Positions 47,190 to 61,495 are shown, numbered from the stretch's first letter. The stretch is DNA of 64,000 nucleotides from Takakia lepidozioides (GCA_030704615.1 CM060732.1:1054001-1118000), one strand, 5' to 3'. Numbers and translations are program-made. The notes: a model not told the origin generated them from the letters alone.

Positions 47190-50100
47190 TCAGAACTGTA
47201 CAACAAAAGGATCCAAATGAGACTTTGCTATGGTGAGGATCCTGTCCGATGCATCCCCGGCCTCATGCAAGGATGGCTGCCTTCCACCTGCCTCCGAACC
47301 TGCACTGCCGCTACCGCTATTACTCTGAGAAGCCCTCCCCTCAAAAATACCATCCTCACCAGCTGGAACTGTCCACCTGGGTGCGGAAGTGTCCTCAACA
47401 TTCCCCTCGCTCTCGGACGCGGATTCTATTACGAACTTCCCTACTCTGCCTTTCACAATTCTATGTTTGGCCTCACGCCTCATTATAATTCTCTGCTCAT
47501 TCCCGTATGTCAATTGCTCTAACCGAGTAGGCCTATCCTCCCTCCTGATGGCTTCTCTGGCAGCCGTGTCTGCATAGGCTGGTAGAAAAAAGGGCTTCTG
47601 GGGACTCGCGAGAAACGATTTTCTGGCAAAGAATGGCCGATGCGATTCTGTCTCCTCCTCTGCAACAGGGTCCGATTCGGGCAAGTCTCCAGCTTCTCCT
47701 CGTCGGACGACTCTGCAAGGCTGAGTGTACGCACAAACATAGAATGAAGTACATTAGAGAATTCAAACAGGGAATCTCGCATGTTGCATGGTCCCTACAA
47801 CCGAAACCAATACACTTACTATGGTGCATGTCGCGCACCTCAATTTTGTAAACTCCCCTTCAAGTCATAGTTACTCGCTTTGATGCGCGCGCCTGACTCC
47901 CAACCTGGCCGCCGGGCCAACTTGGAGCTTCGGCTGCTCACCGGGACATAACGGTCCCCTTTCGCTTCCCTCTAAACCCTCCACCTATTTGGGACTAGGA
48001 GAATTCCCATTTGGTAGATGGCAGTCCGGAACAGCTCCCCACTCTTTGGTCGCTTTCCGGCTCGCTCGCTTACTCACTAGTTTTTGGTCACCAACGGGCT
48101 TGCACCGTTCTCGGGGTTACTACTCCCTATATACTTCTGTAGCTGTCCGCGGGGGTTCACAACCAGCCATGCCATTTTATGGCGAACCACCACGAAACCC
48201 TCGACTCCCGGTGATGAGTCGCGGTGAGTCTTGGCCCACTCACCACGGCCCATGGACCGTGATGAGTCCCAAGACTCCCCACGACTCCCACCACGAGGTC
48301 TCCGCCCCCATGGTGAGTCCTATGCCACCCCACTAAGTCCCGCTAAGCTACCACCACCCCTTGTGGAGCCACCCCCACCGCAACCCGGTGTGCGGGGCTC
48401 CACCTAGTGAGCGCCTCCGCTTCCTTGAGTGCCTTGGGCACTCAAGGGTGCTTCAGCCCCCCATACCTATCGCTGCCGCTGCCCCCACCACAGGGGCAGC
48501 CCCTCATGTGTCCCGACCCCCTGCCCTCAAGGCAAGGGCCGCGACACACACCCCTACCAACAGGGAGTCGATGTCCTCATCGACTTGTCCATTTTGTAGA
48601 AACGAACATCCAAGTTGTGGCGTCCCACATCAAGGAGTTTGTTTCCGTACCATGGCGTCCCATGGCAAAGAACCAAACCCCACACTTGACTCTACTCTCC
48701 ACTAGCTAGTTCGGCCGACTTCCTCCAAGTCCCGGCCAAGGGTGGAGCCTCTCCAGCTCCTCCCAGTGCACTCTTCTTGGCCTACTTCAAGGCCAAGGAA
48801 CGATCCTCCCCGAGGATCGAATCGCCTTACTGCAACAACATTGCTTGCGATCGCTCATGATGCCGCTTTTGGCATCACCTTGAGCAAGGGTTCACCTGGA
48901 ACCCCTTTTGACTAGGAAGATAACCTTGAACCAACCGTGCGCCCCAATCACTACAATTGGGTCCGCCTTGGAATGCTGGCCTGAGGTACGGGAACACGCC
49001 GAAGCCGCACTACGACTTCGTCCCGAGGCTACACGATTATAGTACGTGAACGGAAGCACGTAGCTTCCGCGTTAGCCCGCACTACAAGGCAACCCCCTCG
49101 GTAGCGCAGTTATAGTACGCGCACGCGCCAGGTGCGCACTAGCACGTGAACTCCCAAAGAAGGCGCAAGTTTCCTTGCCCCTTGGATGGGTCACCCGATT
49201 TCGGCACTGCGCAAACACACGATTAACCCAATTTACCTCTCCCACTTTTGTAAGCTAGCATGCATTCTACACACTAGCCAACCACACCATGCATCACCAT
49301 TCCAAACAAATAGGACGCACATTTTGGAACCCATTTCCTTTATAACAAATTTTGTACAATACAAGTTTTTGCAATCGGATTCCTAGCTAGCTAAGCCGGG
49401 CTAAGCATGCATTTCCTCCCCCACGCTCCAAGGTTGATGTCCCCATCAACGCTTCTTCCGCTTTTGAGGTCGCCCTTCGAAAGCTGCAACCGCCTCGGAT
49501 GCGTTTCCCATTTCTGAGGCACGCACCCAAGATGCCTCCACATGATGATAGCCCTTCCATTTGACGAGATACTCCGTTTCTCGGTTCTTGAACCTCCTCG
49601 ACTTAAGTATTGCCTCCACCTCGTACTCAGGTTCATTTTCATGATCCAACAGCATAGGTGGCGGACGCAACACTTGATGCCGATTCGGACGCGCTTCATC
49701 TTTGAAGTAAGGCTTCAAAAGGGAGACATGGAATACTGGGTGCACCTTGCTGTTTGCCGGCAGCTCCAATTCATACACATCCTCATTCATAACCTTCCGA
49801 ATGCGAAAGGGTCCCGCATACGGAGGTACGAACTTCGGACTCACTTCCGGAGGTAGTCGGAAATTCTTGATGTTCAACCAGACCTCTGTGCCTGCCTCAA
49901 ACTTCACTTCCCTCCGCTTCCGATTCGCCTGCCTTTCATACCGTTTCCTAGCTTTGGCAATGTTGTACTTTGCGAGCTTCAACAAACGCTCGCGTTCTTC
50001 CAGTACCGCCGCTACTGCCGGTTCCTCAACGTCCTGGGCGGCCCAACTTGTCGGCACCAGAGGTGCTTTTCCATAGACCAATACGAAAGGGGAAACTCCC

Positions 50101-53100
50101 GTTGCGGAGTGTTCTGTGTATTATAACAAACTCTGCCGCGTCTAAGTGTTCCACCAGTCTGTTGGTCTGCCGACACGTAATTCCGCAAGATTGCTTCACT
50201 ACGGAATTCACTCTTTCCGTTTGGCCGTCCGTCGTAGGTCGGAAGGCGGTGCTCATCTTCAGCCTCGTCCCCATCTTCTTCCAAAGTGCCTCCAAATTTA
50301 CTCGTAAACTTTGGATCGCGGTCCGAGACAATATCCTTCGGGACTCCATGATGCTTTAAGACGTGGGCGAAGTAAAGTCGCCCTGTCTCCTGCGCCGTTG
50401 CCGTCTCCTTGGTGGGGATGAAATGGCCCATTTTACTGAACCTATCCACCACCACCATGATTGCATCGAATCCTTTTGACAGCGGCATAGCAGTCATGAA
50501 ATCCATCGAGACGCTTTCCCAAGTCCCCTCTGGAATCGGCAAGGGTTGTAACAGCCCCGCTTGCTTTTTGTACTCGCTCCGGTTTTGTTGGCATGTGGTG
50601 CATGTCTTGACATACTCCTCTGCCTCCTCCCTCAGTTTGGGCCAGAAATACTCTTTCTTCAAGAGTGCCGCAGTGCGCTTGGCTCCGCCGTGGCCCGCAA
50701 GCGGGCTATCATGGCATTCTCTCAAGAGTATCTCTGATCCCTCCCTTCGGCACGTAGAGACGCTTTTGCTTATACCGGAGCAGTCCATTTTGCAAGTGGA
50801 ACTGCGATTTAACCCCCATCCTCAAGTCCTGCATCACGGACTTCGCCAGCTCATCCTTCCGGCAAGCCTTCCGGATCTTCCTTTGGAGCCGTCTCGCCCT
50901 TGTACACCAACAAGAGCTGCTGCTTTCTACTTAAAGCATCGGCCACCACATTGTCCCGTCCCGGTTTGTACTGGATATCCACGTCGAACACCGCCAAAGT
51001 ATCTTGCCACCTAAGTTGTTTTGGGGACAACTTGGGCTGCGTGGCAAAATACTTCACCGTGACATTGTCCGTGAACACCTTCACTGGGTTGGAACCAACA
51101 TAGTGGCGCCAAGCTCAAGGCAATGCACCACCGCCTTCATCTCTTTTTCGTGCGTCGGCCACCGTCGCTCCACTTCATTCAGTTTCTTACTTTCGTAAGC
51201 CACTGGACGTCCATCTTGCATAAGTACACCCCCAATCGCGAAGTCCGACGCATCTGTATGAATCTCAAACGGACGATCGAACTCCGGGATTTTCAAGACT
51301 GGAGCTTCCGCCATCCGCTGCTTCAATTCAGCAAAAGCTTGGCCACAAAAGGTGTTCCATACCCAGACTTTGGATTTACACAGAAGGTCCGACAGCGGCC
51401 CCGCGATCTTGGCGAAATTTCTCACATACTTCCGGTAATAGGAGGCGAGTCCTAGGAAGGATCGCACTCCCGGGACCGAAGTCGGAGGCTCCCAGTCCAA
51501 GATCGCCCTCACCTTTCTGTCATCCATTTTGATCCCATCCTGTGTAATCACATGCCCCAAGAACTCCACTTTTGTGACCCCCACTTTGAAGCTTTGGCAT
51601 ACAGCTTCCCTTCCGCAATTTTTGGAACACCCTTTTGAGGTGCTCCAGGTGCTCCTCCTTTGTTTTCGAGTACACCAAGATGTCGTCGATGTACACGATC
51701 ACAAAGTCATCCAACCACTCCTGGAAAAGGCTGTTCATCAGCGCTAAATGTCGCTGGTGCATTGGTGAGCCCAAAAGGCATCACCAAGAACTCATATGAA
51801 CCATACCTTGTCCTGCACGCGGTCTTCTCCTCATCTCCTTCCGCCACCCGAATTTGGTGATAGCCGGAGCGCAAGTCGATCCGGCTGAAATACTTCGCTC
51901 CTGCCAACCGATCGAAGAGGTCGTCGATCCTTGGCAAAGGGTACCGGTTTTTGATAGTCACCTTATTCAGAGCCCTGTAATCGACACACATCCGCAGCGT
52001 CCCATCCTTCTTGTCTGCAAATAGCACCGGGGCTCCGTAAGGTGACTTACTCGGCCGGATGTACCCCTTTGACATTAGATCCTTGAGCTGAGTCTTCAGC
52101 TCGACCAACTCTCTGTGGCTCAACCGGTAGGGCGCCTTGGCAGGCGGTTCCGATCCCGGTATCACCTCAATCTTGTGGTCACTCCTCTTCGCGGTGGCAA
52201 GCCGCTTGGTAAATCCTCCGGCATCACATCCTGGTATTTCTCCAAAATCCCCTTGATCCAATCTGGGCTCGGCTCCCCATCGCCTTCTCCCTTCACTTCT
52301 CTAATGTAAAGCAAAACTGGGGCTCGTGTGCCTCCTCCACGGCCCACTCCCTTGCTGACAGAAGGTTTATTCGCCCTCCCACGGATTTGGGCGTTTCCGA
52401 CACTCGTAAGACCTCGCCACCATTCCCACATGGCAGCGTGACTACTCTCTTGCGGCCATCTATGACCGCTCCGGATTTGCTCAAAAAGGTCATCCCCAAA
52501 ATGAGATCCACTCCATCGATCTCGCAGATGGTGAAGTTCTCACGTCCCTCCCAACTCCCCAGTTGAAGAGGAACATCAAACGCCAACCTTGTCGCCAACT
52601 GTGGTTCTCCTTGGCAGAACGCACCTCAATAGAGGCCCCCACGTCACTTGTCGGGAGTCCCAGCTTTTGTGCCGTTGCCGGTGTCATGAAGGAGTGCGAC
52701 GCTCCTGTGTCCACCAACAACGACACGTTAGTTCCGGATATTATCCCATCCACGAACAATAACTGACTCCCTTTTCGAGGCGCCAGTTTCCTGATACAAC
52801 TCACAAGAAATTTGCCTACCTTGCAAGTCCTGGCGACCACCGCTTCCACCAAGCGACTGATGGTATCTTCCGACAGCTCCGTGGTCGCCCGAGTCATGTT
52901 CAATTGCCGGGGCTTCGTGCACTTCTTGGCCATGTGCCCGGGCTCCCCGCAATTGAAACACACTCCATCAAAGGTCGCCTTCTGTCCGCCATAAGCCGCT
53001 CCACCCGCTTTTCCTTTCGAAGCACCGGTGCCGCCTTGACGTGTGAAGGCCCTCCCTTCGATTTCCACGTGCCATTGTCGCCGCGTGGCCTATCCCACTT

Positions 53101-56100
53101 CTTTTCCGGTCGGAAGGAGTCACCTTCCCGCCGGGTCTTCTTGTGGTTCAGCTCCGTACGGCCTTGTCTTTCACCCCTAGGGACATCCGAGAAACATTCA
53201 GCCCTCTCAATTGCCTCGTTCAAAGTCTTGGGTGGCTTCTCCTCCAACTTCCGCCTGGCCCATGGGGCCAGTCCCGCCACAAAGTTGAAGACCATTTCTG
53301 GTTCTGCCATGTCCGCGACTTCGAGCAACAGCACATTGAAAGCCTGGACATACCCCGAATGTCATCTGTTTGCTTCAAATTCCTCATCTTGTCCCGGGCA
53401 AGCCAGGACGCGTTGAGGGGCACAAACTGTCTCTTCATCAATTCCTTGAACCCACTCCAGTTCAAGGTTTCCGGGCTTGGACCTCGGTCGTGAAGGCGTT
53501 TCTGCCACCATTGTTGAGCATAGCCCCTCAAATAGGTGGGAGCCACTTCCACCCGATCCTCGTCACTCAACTTGGCCGCCCGGAAGTACTGCTCTAGCTC
53601 CAGAGCCAGGTGTTGAGTGCCTTCCGATTTCGGACGCCCTCGAAGGTGCCGGGTTCCTTAGGCTTCACCTTAAACTTTGCCTTAGTGGAAGTGGCATTAG
53701 CCGCCTTCAACACGTCTTTCAACGTCCCGCCAAACTGCGCCAACAACCCTTCCCAAAAGGCTGCCGGCATGGGAGGCATCTCTTGGTTTGTCGGAGCTCT
53801 CAAGGATTCCTCGGGCTCCGACTCCTCGGATTCCTCCCGCTCTTGAGCGGCCTCGTTTTCGGAAACATGCATCGCTTCCTCAAACGGCCGCCTCGGTGAC
53901 ACGTCGCCCCCATCGGGCTCACCGGGATCATCATCTTTTGGGCCGTTCCGCTTTCGCTTCGGCTTGCCCGACCCCATGATGAGGCCAATCCCAAGGACGA
54001 TCGCGTACTGAACTCTAAGCTCTGATACCAAGTGTCGCGCACCTCACTTCGGTAAGCTCCCCTTCAAGTCATAGTTACTCGCTTTGATGCGCGCGACTCC
54101 CAACCTGGCCGCCGGGCCAACTTGGAGCTTCGGCTGCTCACCGGGACATAACGGTCCCCTTTCGCTTCCCAAAACCCTCCACCTATTTGGGACTAGGAAT
54201 TCCCTTTGGTAGATGGCAGTCCGGAACAGCTCCCCACTCTTTGGTCGCTTTCCGGCTCGCTCGCTTACTCACTAGTTTTTGGTCACCAACGGGCTTGCAC
54301 CGTTCTCGGGGTTACTACTCCCTATATATACTTCTGTAGCTGTCCGCGGGGGTTTCACAACCAGCCATGCCATTTTATGGCGAACCACCACGAAACCCTC
54401 GACTCCCGGTGGTGAGTCGCGGTGAGTCTTGGCCCACTCACCACGGCCCCTATGGACCGTGATGAGTCCCAAGACTCCCCACGACTCCCACCACGAGGTC
54501 TCCGCCCCCATGGTGAGTCCTATGCCACCCCCACTAAGTCCCTAAGCTACCACCACCCCTTGTGGAGCCACCCCCACCGCAACCCGGTGTGCGGGGCTCC
54601 ACCTAGTGAGCGCCTCCGCCTCCTGAGTGCCTTGGGCACTCAAGGGTGCTTCAGCCCCCCATACCTATCGCTGCCGCTGCCCCCACCACAGGGGCAGCCC
54701 CTCATGTGTCCCGACCCCCTGCCCTCAAGGCAAAGGGCCGCGACAGTGCAACTCACTCGAAGACAGGCATTGGGGGAAGCGGCTTCGGGCGCCCCTGCAT
54801 CGAACGAATTTCCTGGACTTCCTCCTCTTCATCTTCCTCCTCCCCTTCCACGTCCTCTTCTGCTTTTTGGGATCCTCAGTCGGAGGCAGACGCTGAAGGC
54901 CCGCCAAATTGTAATCGTACAAGGCCGTATCCCCCTCAAATGAGAACACAAATCGGTTCGACATCCTTCCCCCACATACAGGCACCTGCGAATTCATACG
55001 ACAACCACAGCCAAACTCAAGAATGAGTCGCTTCCTCGCACAAGCAAACATACACAAACGGAAATGGTGTCAATTCGGTGCCGCATTCAATTAACGTTCT
55101 CACCTGTATTTGCAGTGACGTCGAGGACCCTGCCTTCAACATCCGTACACGTTTCCATGAGCGTCTGGATGAATGCAGGACTCCTGGTCCTGCCATACCT
55201 CCATGGCTTGCCCGACAAATCACAAAGAATGTCCTTCTCTCCCACATGGTTGAACAGGACGTTATACTCCAGTGGATCAACTGTGGAATCAACAAGTCTT
55301 CCTGCTTCACGTAATTTGAATTTCGAATGTTCCTTCACGAAGCAAAATGCCTGAAAGATAAGAGTCTGCAGAGAAGGAAATGAAAACGTCAGAGGTGGCC
55401 TACACGTACAGGGGCAATTTTGGCGCAGAAATTGACATAGCAGAGGAGAACCACAGCATACCTTCTGGCCATCGTTGAGAAGACCCTGCGTGTTGATGCA
55501 AGTCCAGATCTTTTTCAGGATGGGTGCTGCACTTCTCCCCGTCCATACTTTGATATCATTCTCAGTGACTTCTCCATCGGCTGCTAGCACAACAACACAG
55601 CCACGTCGTCCAACATGTTGGCTGCGAACCCGAATGTGTGGCTCCAGTATCTTTCGTCGTACTTGTTCCACCAGGGAACTGAGCCCAGCCCCAGTATCTC
55701 CTGCCCATCCGGGATATCCACAAGGATCATGTCGATGGAGGCTTTCACCGCCCTGCCCCCGACTGTGCTCTTTTTGCCGTGGCTCATCGCCACAAAATAC
55801 TCCATCATCTTTGTGTAGCCAGGAGTGTCCTCCATATCATTGCCAGTGGCCTTCCTCTTCCCCTTCCCCTGGTGGGCCTCGATCGCCTTCCTCAATCTCG
55901 TTATCTCCAGCCTTCTGGTCAGAGCAGTTAGGAAATTTTCATTAACACACTCCACAATTGTGGGTGTTTTGAGGACTTCCCTGCCCGCAATGTGCACCGC
56001 ACGGTAGGGTCTGCCAGGTGCATCCTCGTATAGTGATCTCTTCGCAGCCGACCCCCCGGAGCGCTGGCCCTTGTGAATTTTCGGACGAGGTGTGGCCCCC

Positions 56101-59100
56101 TGGGTGTTTTCCTGCTGGAAATCGTCGTCGGAATCCTCCTCATCTGGCTGACTGTGTTGCTGCTTCTTCTTCTTGGGTGTGGGGGGTCTTCGTCTCTTGC
56201 CCCTGTTTGCGCGTTCTTTTCTTCCTGTCCTTGGGCTGCTCAGCTGCCTGCTTCTCCATCTGCTCCTTCGCCAACGCTGCCGCCTTGGCTGACTTCTCAG
56301 TGCTTTCTGCTTGGCTGCCTCCTCTGCTTTCAGTCTTTCCGCGTCCTCTGGTTGGGGATCCGATTGCGCCTTCATAGCCCTGGCATTCGCTTCCTTCTTC
56401 AAGTTAACCTCCGAGAGGTCAACGGTCCCACTTGGGAGATCCACATACCAGGGACAGTCTACCAAATGCTCGGCATGCCACTCCTTCGCCATTACTTCTG
56501 TGTACATCGTTCCACGACCTCCAGGTGTCCTCCACGCCAGGAAGAATGGTGGAACCCTTTGAATGGCTCCGGACGGAATGAGTGCAAAGTTTATGTACCT
56601 GCAATCACGAGGCAGTTCAACAAAAATCATTCTACCGATGCATCATGCAAGTGGAAGTTGTCAATGCACAAGGTATTTCGGCACCGAAATACGGAGTGGA
56701 CCGTGCCCCAATTACCCAGAACTCACATCTTGCAGAGGTATATTTTGGCGCCGCAATATCCATCGCTGCTTAGCCAAATCATCTAAACTGCAAATAGGGG
56801 GATGCATTGGCAGCAGATTACCTGAACAGGACACGCATTGCCGCTTTGTCGGCACCCTCCTGCTCTTCGATGTATACGCTGCGTCTTGCCTTTGCAATTT
56901 CTCTGAAAAAGAGGTTTGCGAAGCGCCCTCGCCAGGACTGCACGTAGTTCTCCATTGTCTCAGGCTTCGTCCAGTCGATCTGTAACTTGAAAGTGGTGGT
57001 GTTGCAGTCCAATTGCTCTGGCGTGGGTCAGTACCTGCAGCATGGCAGGTTTCCAAAACATTCATGATTTTGAAATTGCGACGATGTCCAACACAGAATA
57101 GGAGAAAATTATACCTGATGCCACCAAGTCATCACATTGAGCCAGTCGTTCATTTTGTCGTCTGTTGGCTCGATGGGAAAGTGGTACAGCAGCTTCGTGT
57201 TTGTATGGCCGTTCCAGATTCGCAGCCACCTCGTCTGCAGCCACCTCACATCGGTCAGACAAGAACTCCAACATAAGAATCGCGAGAAGTCACAAAACAA
57301 GAATAAACACATGCTTACCTTCTCCGCCGGCTCAACACAGGACACTGCGATGTGATGAAGTTTCTCCATGGACATTTCCGGTTTCATGGGTCTGGAGTAA
57401 TGCAGTCCTATCTCCGCCAGGAACTCGGCACCAAGACCAGGGTCAGCGATTGCAACTTGCTTAACAAGTTTGGACCTGTACTTGGTCCGGGATTGCCTCC
57501 CTGCCTGCACAATATGACTCTCTATCGACGCGTCCGCCTTGTTGGGGGCATCATTCTCAAAGAACTGCCTTTTGGCATAGGCCAAGTCATCCCTGATGTT
57601 CGTCTGCATTCCCATACCCAGCAGATACAGTCAGGCCACGGATCCCTGCAACAAATAGCATTAAATTGATACTGAAATTTGAGATGAACCTCACCGAATA
57701 GAGGATCTCCACCATGGCGTCCAGTGTTGGTCGGTACCAGGTGCGATCTGCTTTCGCTAGGGACTTCCTGTACAGCTCGGGATCGAGGGACTTTTGGAAG
57801 TCCGTCAGCGGAGCTGTCCCCACTTCTTGCACTCTGTAGAGCGTATGTGCCAGATGAGTTTCCACGAAGGCCCTCTCTGTTACCCTGCCATGGAGAAAAA
57901 AAACAACATGAAAATATGATTTCGGCACAGCAATCCAATTTCCAGTTCATAGAGTGCATGACAGTGGTGAACATTGCCTATTTCGGCGCCGCAATAGGCA
58001 GTACACAAGGATGTAATTGTATACTTACAGATTTATATCCGCCATGGCACCCTTCAACAGTCCTCTGTCCCTGACGTCCACCTTCACGACAATGCAGTCC
58101 ACCATGTAATGCCAACTGATATCTTGCGGATGCATTTCAGCAATGTACTCTGTCCAGGCAAGCATCCTGTGGTTCCCGTCCCAAACGAAGAACATCTTCC
58201 CTTCCATGTGTGCGAATGTGGGATTAGTCTTCAGATAGGCTTCAAACTCGGCATTAACAGTGTGCCAGTGGGGGCCCCAATTCTGAAGCTCCTCTGCAGT
58301 GGGGCCCCTTGTGACACCCTGGTCATTCTCAATGGAAACGTAGAATGCTGCCGACCCCCGTCTGTACCCTTCTCTGAAGTTGTGCTTCAGTCGATCGATA
58401 TCCCCTGGCAGTGCTTGCCTTACAACTGGAAGGCTTACCATGCGACACAAAGGAACTTTGAGGTTCTCGGATACCCATGGAGCCCAAAACGCGGCCTATG
58501 TTGCTATGAGTCTCTGCCAGCAACCTGTTTGCTGCTATGTTCATGTCTCGTGCGCTCATGAGCATACCCGCCACCAGTTTCTTACTTCTATCACCTCTGT
58601 CACTTCCCTCACCCCTCTCACCAGCCTGTCTACTGTCCTGGAGGTTTTGCTCCTCCGCAAGCTCCAGCAGGTTCTGATCGTCGCCAAGTCGTACCACGTT
58701 ATCGTCCTCTCCTTCTGTCAGCTGAATGGGCCGCCCTTCTGCAGATCCGACTCCCACATCTCCAGCGGCCTCCACCGCATCCGTGTTTTCTGAAATTGAC
58801 TGCAAACCCAATATCTCCGCTTCCAGTCTCCCTAGGGGTTTTACTGGCGAAGCCATGGGCTCCTTCTGCTTCCTCGGCTTCCGAACTCTAGGTGGGCTTT
58901 TCTGAGGCGATATCTGAGGTGTTGAATGAGGACTCGCCTTCGATGCACTTCCACCTTGCGAGCGCAGCACCCGGGCAGGAGTATCCAAAGTTGACTGTGT
59001 TGCCTCGCCCCCTGCGATCCCTCCCCAGCTCCCATGTCAAACAAACAGGAAAACATGAGACACTGCACGCAAAAAAAAGGTGTAAAGGAATATTGCGTAT

Positions 59101-59292
59101 GGAGTGCTTCACATCCGCGAAGCACGAATCTCTCACTGGTGGGCGATCCGAGTCTCCGGATAACGAGGTCTGCATTTCATGCATGAGACGGAGCTTAAGT
59201 CGTGTCGTCGGCGGCTTCCCAAAATCCCGCCTCCTTCTCTTTGCCGGAGTCGCCTGACCTTCCACAAACTCTATGCTACCACTATGCCGCAT
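47190..59292 (-). CDS. ParB-methyltransferase-like multi-exon gene, copy B (last intron contains the chromovirus)
   Basis: VWDGNHR at 58186-58166, [12 protein letters not shown] (DIPD 55718-55707), [27 protein letters not shown] and last exon [13 protein letters not shown]. Intron positions match copy A. Several frameshifts; the 5' end is uncertain. Confidence 0.78.
47829..48546 (-). repeat. Chromovirus 3' LTR
   Basis: Direct repeat of 54033-54745, preceded on the minus strand by the purine-rich GGTAGGGGTGTG. Confidence 0.95.
49446..53977 (-). CDS. Chromovirus gag-pol with chromodomain (multiple frameshifts)
   Basis: [97 protein letters not shown] and EYEVEAIL...YLVKWKGY...SW. Confidence 0.95.
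54019..54030 (-). other. Primer-binding site complementary to initiator tRNA-Met
   Basis: TGGTATCAGAGC lies 2 nt inside the 5' LTR. Confidence 0.95.
54033..54745 (-). repeat. Chromovirus 5' LTR
   Basis: Direct repeat of 47829-48546 with TG...CA termini. Confidence 0.95.
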
Positions 59293-59539
59293 AAGGAGAG
59301 GAAACGCAGGAGAATGTCACTGCAGAAGGGCAAGGAGCGAGAGAGCGAAGCGGTGGAACATGCAACCACTATGCACGAGCAGATGCGTAAGCAGCCACGT
59401 CTCCCGAAGCGTTGCCACCGTCCACCACTTTCTGCCGTATGGGTGATGAAGAGATTGTGACCCCTGACACGTTCGCACGGATGAAGTCGACTGGAACACG
59501 ACGCGTGCCAGTTCCAACCACCAGTATAAGACGGTTTAT

Positions 59540-61305
59540 CCGAATTGCGGCACCGAAATACCTTCCGTTCACCGGATGCTGTTCCCGGAGCAGCCGGCAT
59601 TGAATGAAATATCCGCACATCATGAAACCCAACCGCCATGAAAATCCCCTGCCTATGACATTCAACAGTCAGGTCGGTACGTTTCATCAGCGGACGGATG
59701 AATTTCGGCGCCGAAATTCATCCTATTCAAGTGCTTTCATACACAAACTTACGAATTTCGGCGCCGCAATTCATCGCTTCCCAAGTCCTCATCCGTCATG
59801 AGCAAACCTGTCAGTGGGATATCGGAGCCGGAATTAATTCCGGGACAGGAAACGGCTGCACTTGGGCACATTTCATCCATATTTCGGCGCCGAAATTCAT
59901 CTAGACGAAGACTAAATCGCACCATGCTACGCTTTGCCGCCATCATTGCCCCTGACGGATGCTGTCCATGCCTGTTGGACTTGCCATTTCTGGACATTTA
60001 ACTATAATTTCGGCGCCGAAATTATACTTTATGTGCGGCAACGTCCCGTGCGAAAAAGACCACTTATTGGATACTGTCGGTTTCAAATGAAAAAAACGGC
60101 TAAAATGCAATTAATTTTGACAGAAGGGGTTCAATATGCCGATTTCTCCATTAAATGCAGAATATTCCTGTTATCTTCGTCGGAACGGGGTATTTCCAAC
60201 GATTTACGGAAAATTATATCATCCAGAAGCAAAAGTAAGTGTCGGGTTTGGACGAATTTCGGCGCCGAAATTCATCCGTCGCATAGAAAATGTAATATTA
60301 GAGTTACTCATTGCGGACAGTAAGGATGAATTTCGGCACCGAAATTCATCCATTTCAAAGAAAAATAAATATTGGAGAGAGGGCATTGGATGAATTTCGG
60401 CGCCGAAATCCGGCTCTGAAACCCTGAAAAGAATTTGGAGGGATGAAGTCGGTTGAATTTAGGGGCCGAAATATTTTCGGATGAATTTCGGCGCCGAAAT
60501 TCAAAAGAAAAAAAATAAAATCGGGAGGACTTCGGATGAATTTCGGCGCCGAAATTCATTGCTCGCGAAAAAAAAAAAATCGGGAGGACTTGATGAATTT
60601 CGGCGCCGAAATTCATTGCTCGCGACGGAGGAAAAAAAGGAAAATTAGAAGGGAGTACTTGGATGACATTCGGCGCCGAAGTTCATCTGTCGCAAAGAAA
60701 AAAAAACAAAAAGGACTTCAGATGAATTTCGCCACCGAAATAGGAAAATTAGAAGGGAGTACTTGGATGACATTCGGCGCCGAAGTTCATCTGTCGCAAA
60801 GAAAAAAAAAACAAAAAGGACTTCAGATGAATTTCGCCACCGAAATCCATCCGCAGGGCAGCAGAATTAGGGTCGGAAAAGGAGATGAAGAATGAATTTC
60901 GGCGCCGAAATACATCCATTCTGCCGATTCAGGATTACTGTCATTCGGATGTCGGCACCGATATCCGGACACGTGGTGAATCACGACTGTAATCAGGAAC
61001 ACATTCATCCGTATTTTGGCATCCAAATTCAACCCTTATGTACAGAAACAATTTAATGAAGAAGATGTTCATCCGAATTTCGGCACCGAAATCCATCCGT
61101 TTTTCGGCACCGAAATCCATCCGTTGGGTGCTTGGTCAGTTTCATGAGGTGAACAAATTACGATTTCTGTTGCTGGAATTCATCCCCTGGCTTTCAAAGC
61201 TGTTACATGACAGAGATGTTCATCCAGATTTCGGTGCCGAAATTCATGGGAAGGCCTGATTTATTGTAGCCCAAGTGGTTGTACATTACAATTCAGGCAC
61301 CAAAT
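59540..61305. repeat. Palindrome array B (GGATGAATTTCGGCGCCGAAATTCATCC) between the divergent genes of copy B
   Basis: About 20 or more exact and degenerate copies, with a perfect 28-mer at 59696-59723 and poly-A spacers at 60350-60850. Confidence 0.92.
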
Positions 61306-61495
61306 ATCCGATGTGAACTTGCTGTTGTCGTCCGTTTTTGTAACGTACGTTACACACCTTCATCTTTACGTGCACTGATCACCCATCCTGTTGGATACGG
61401 AATCCTCCAGAAAATTATTTGTGTTATTAGGTAGGACACACTCTTCTCATTGCAGGACTTCGCTGCGGAGCGTATCGAGAGGTCCCGTCTTCAAA

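Larger units (their letters stand above)
47829..54745 (-). mobile_element. Full-length Ty3/gypsy chromovirus
   Basis: Near-identical LTRs (TGTCGCG...CGCGACA), 5-bp TSD GTGCA at 47824-47828 and 54746-54750, iMet PBS and gag-PR-RT-RH-IN-chromodomain order. Confidence 0.97.
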
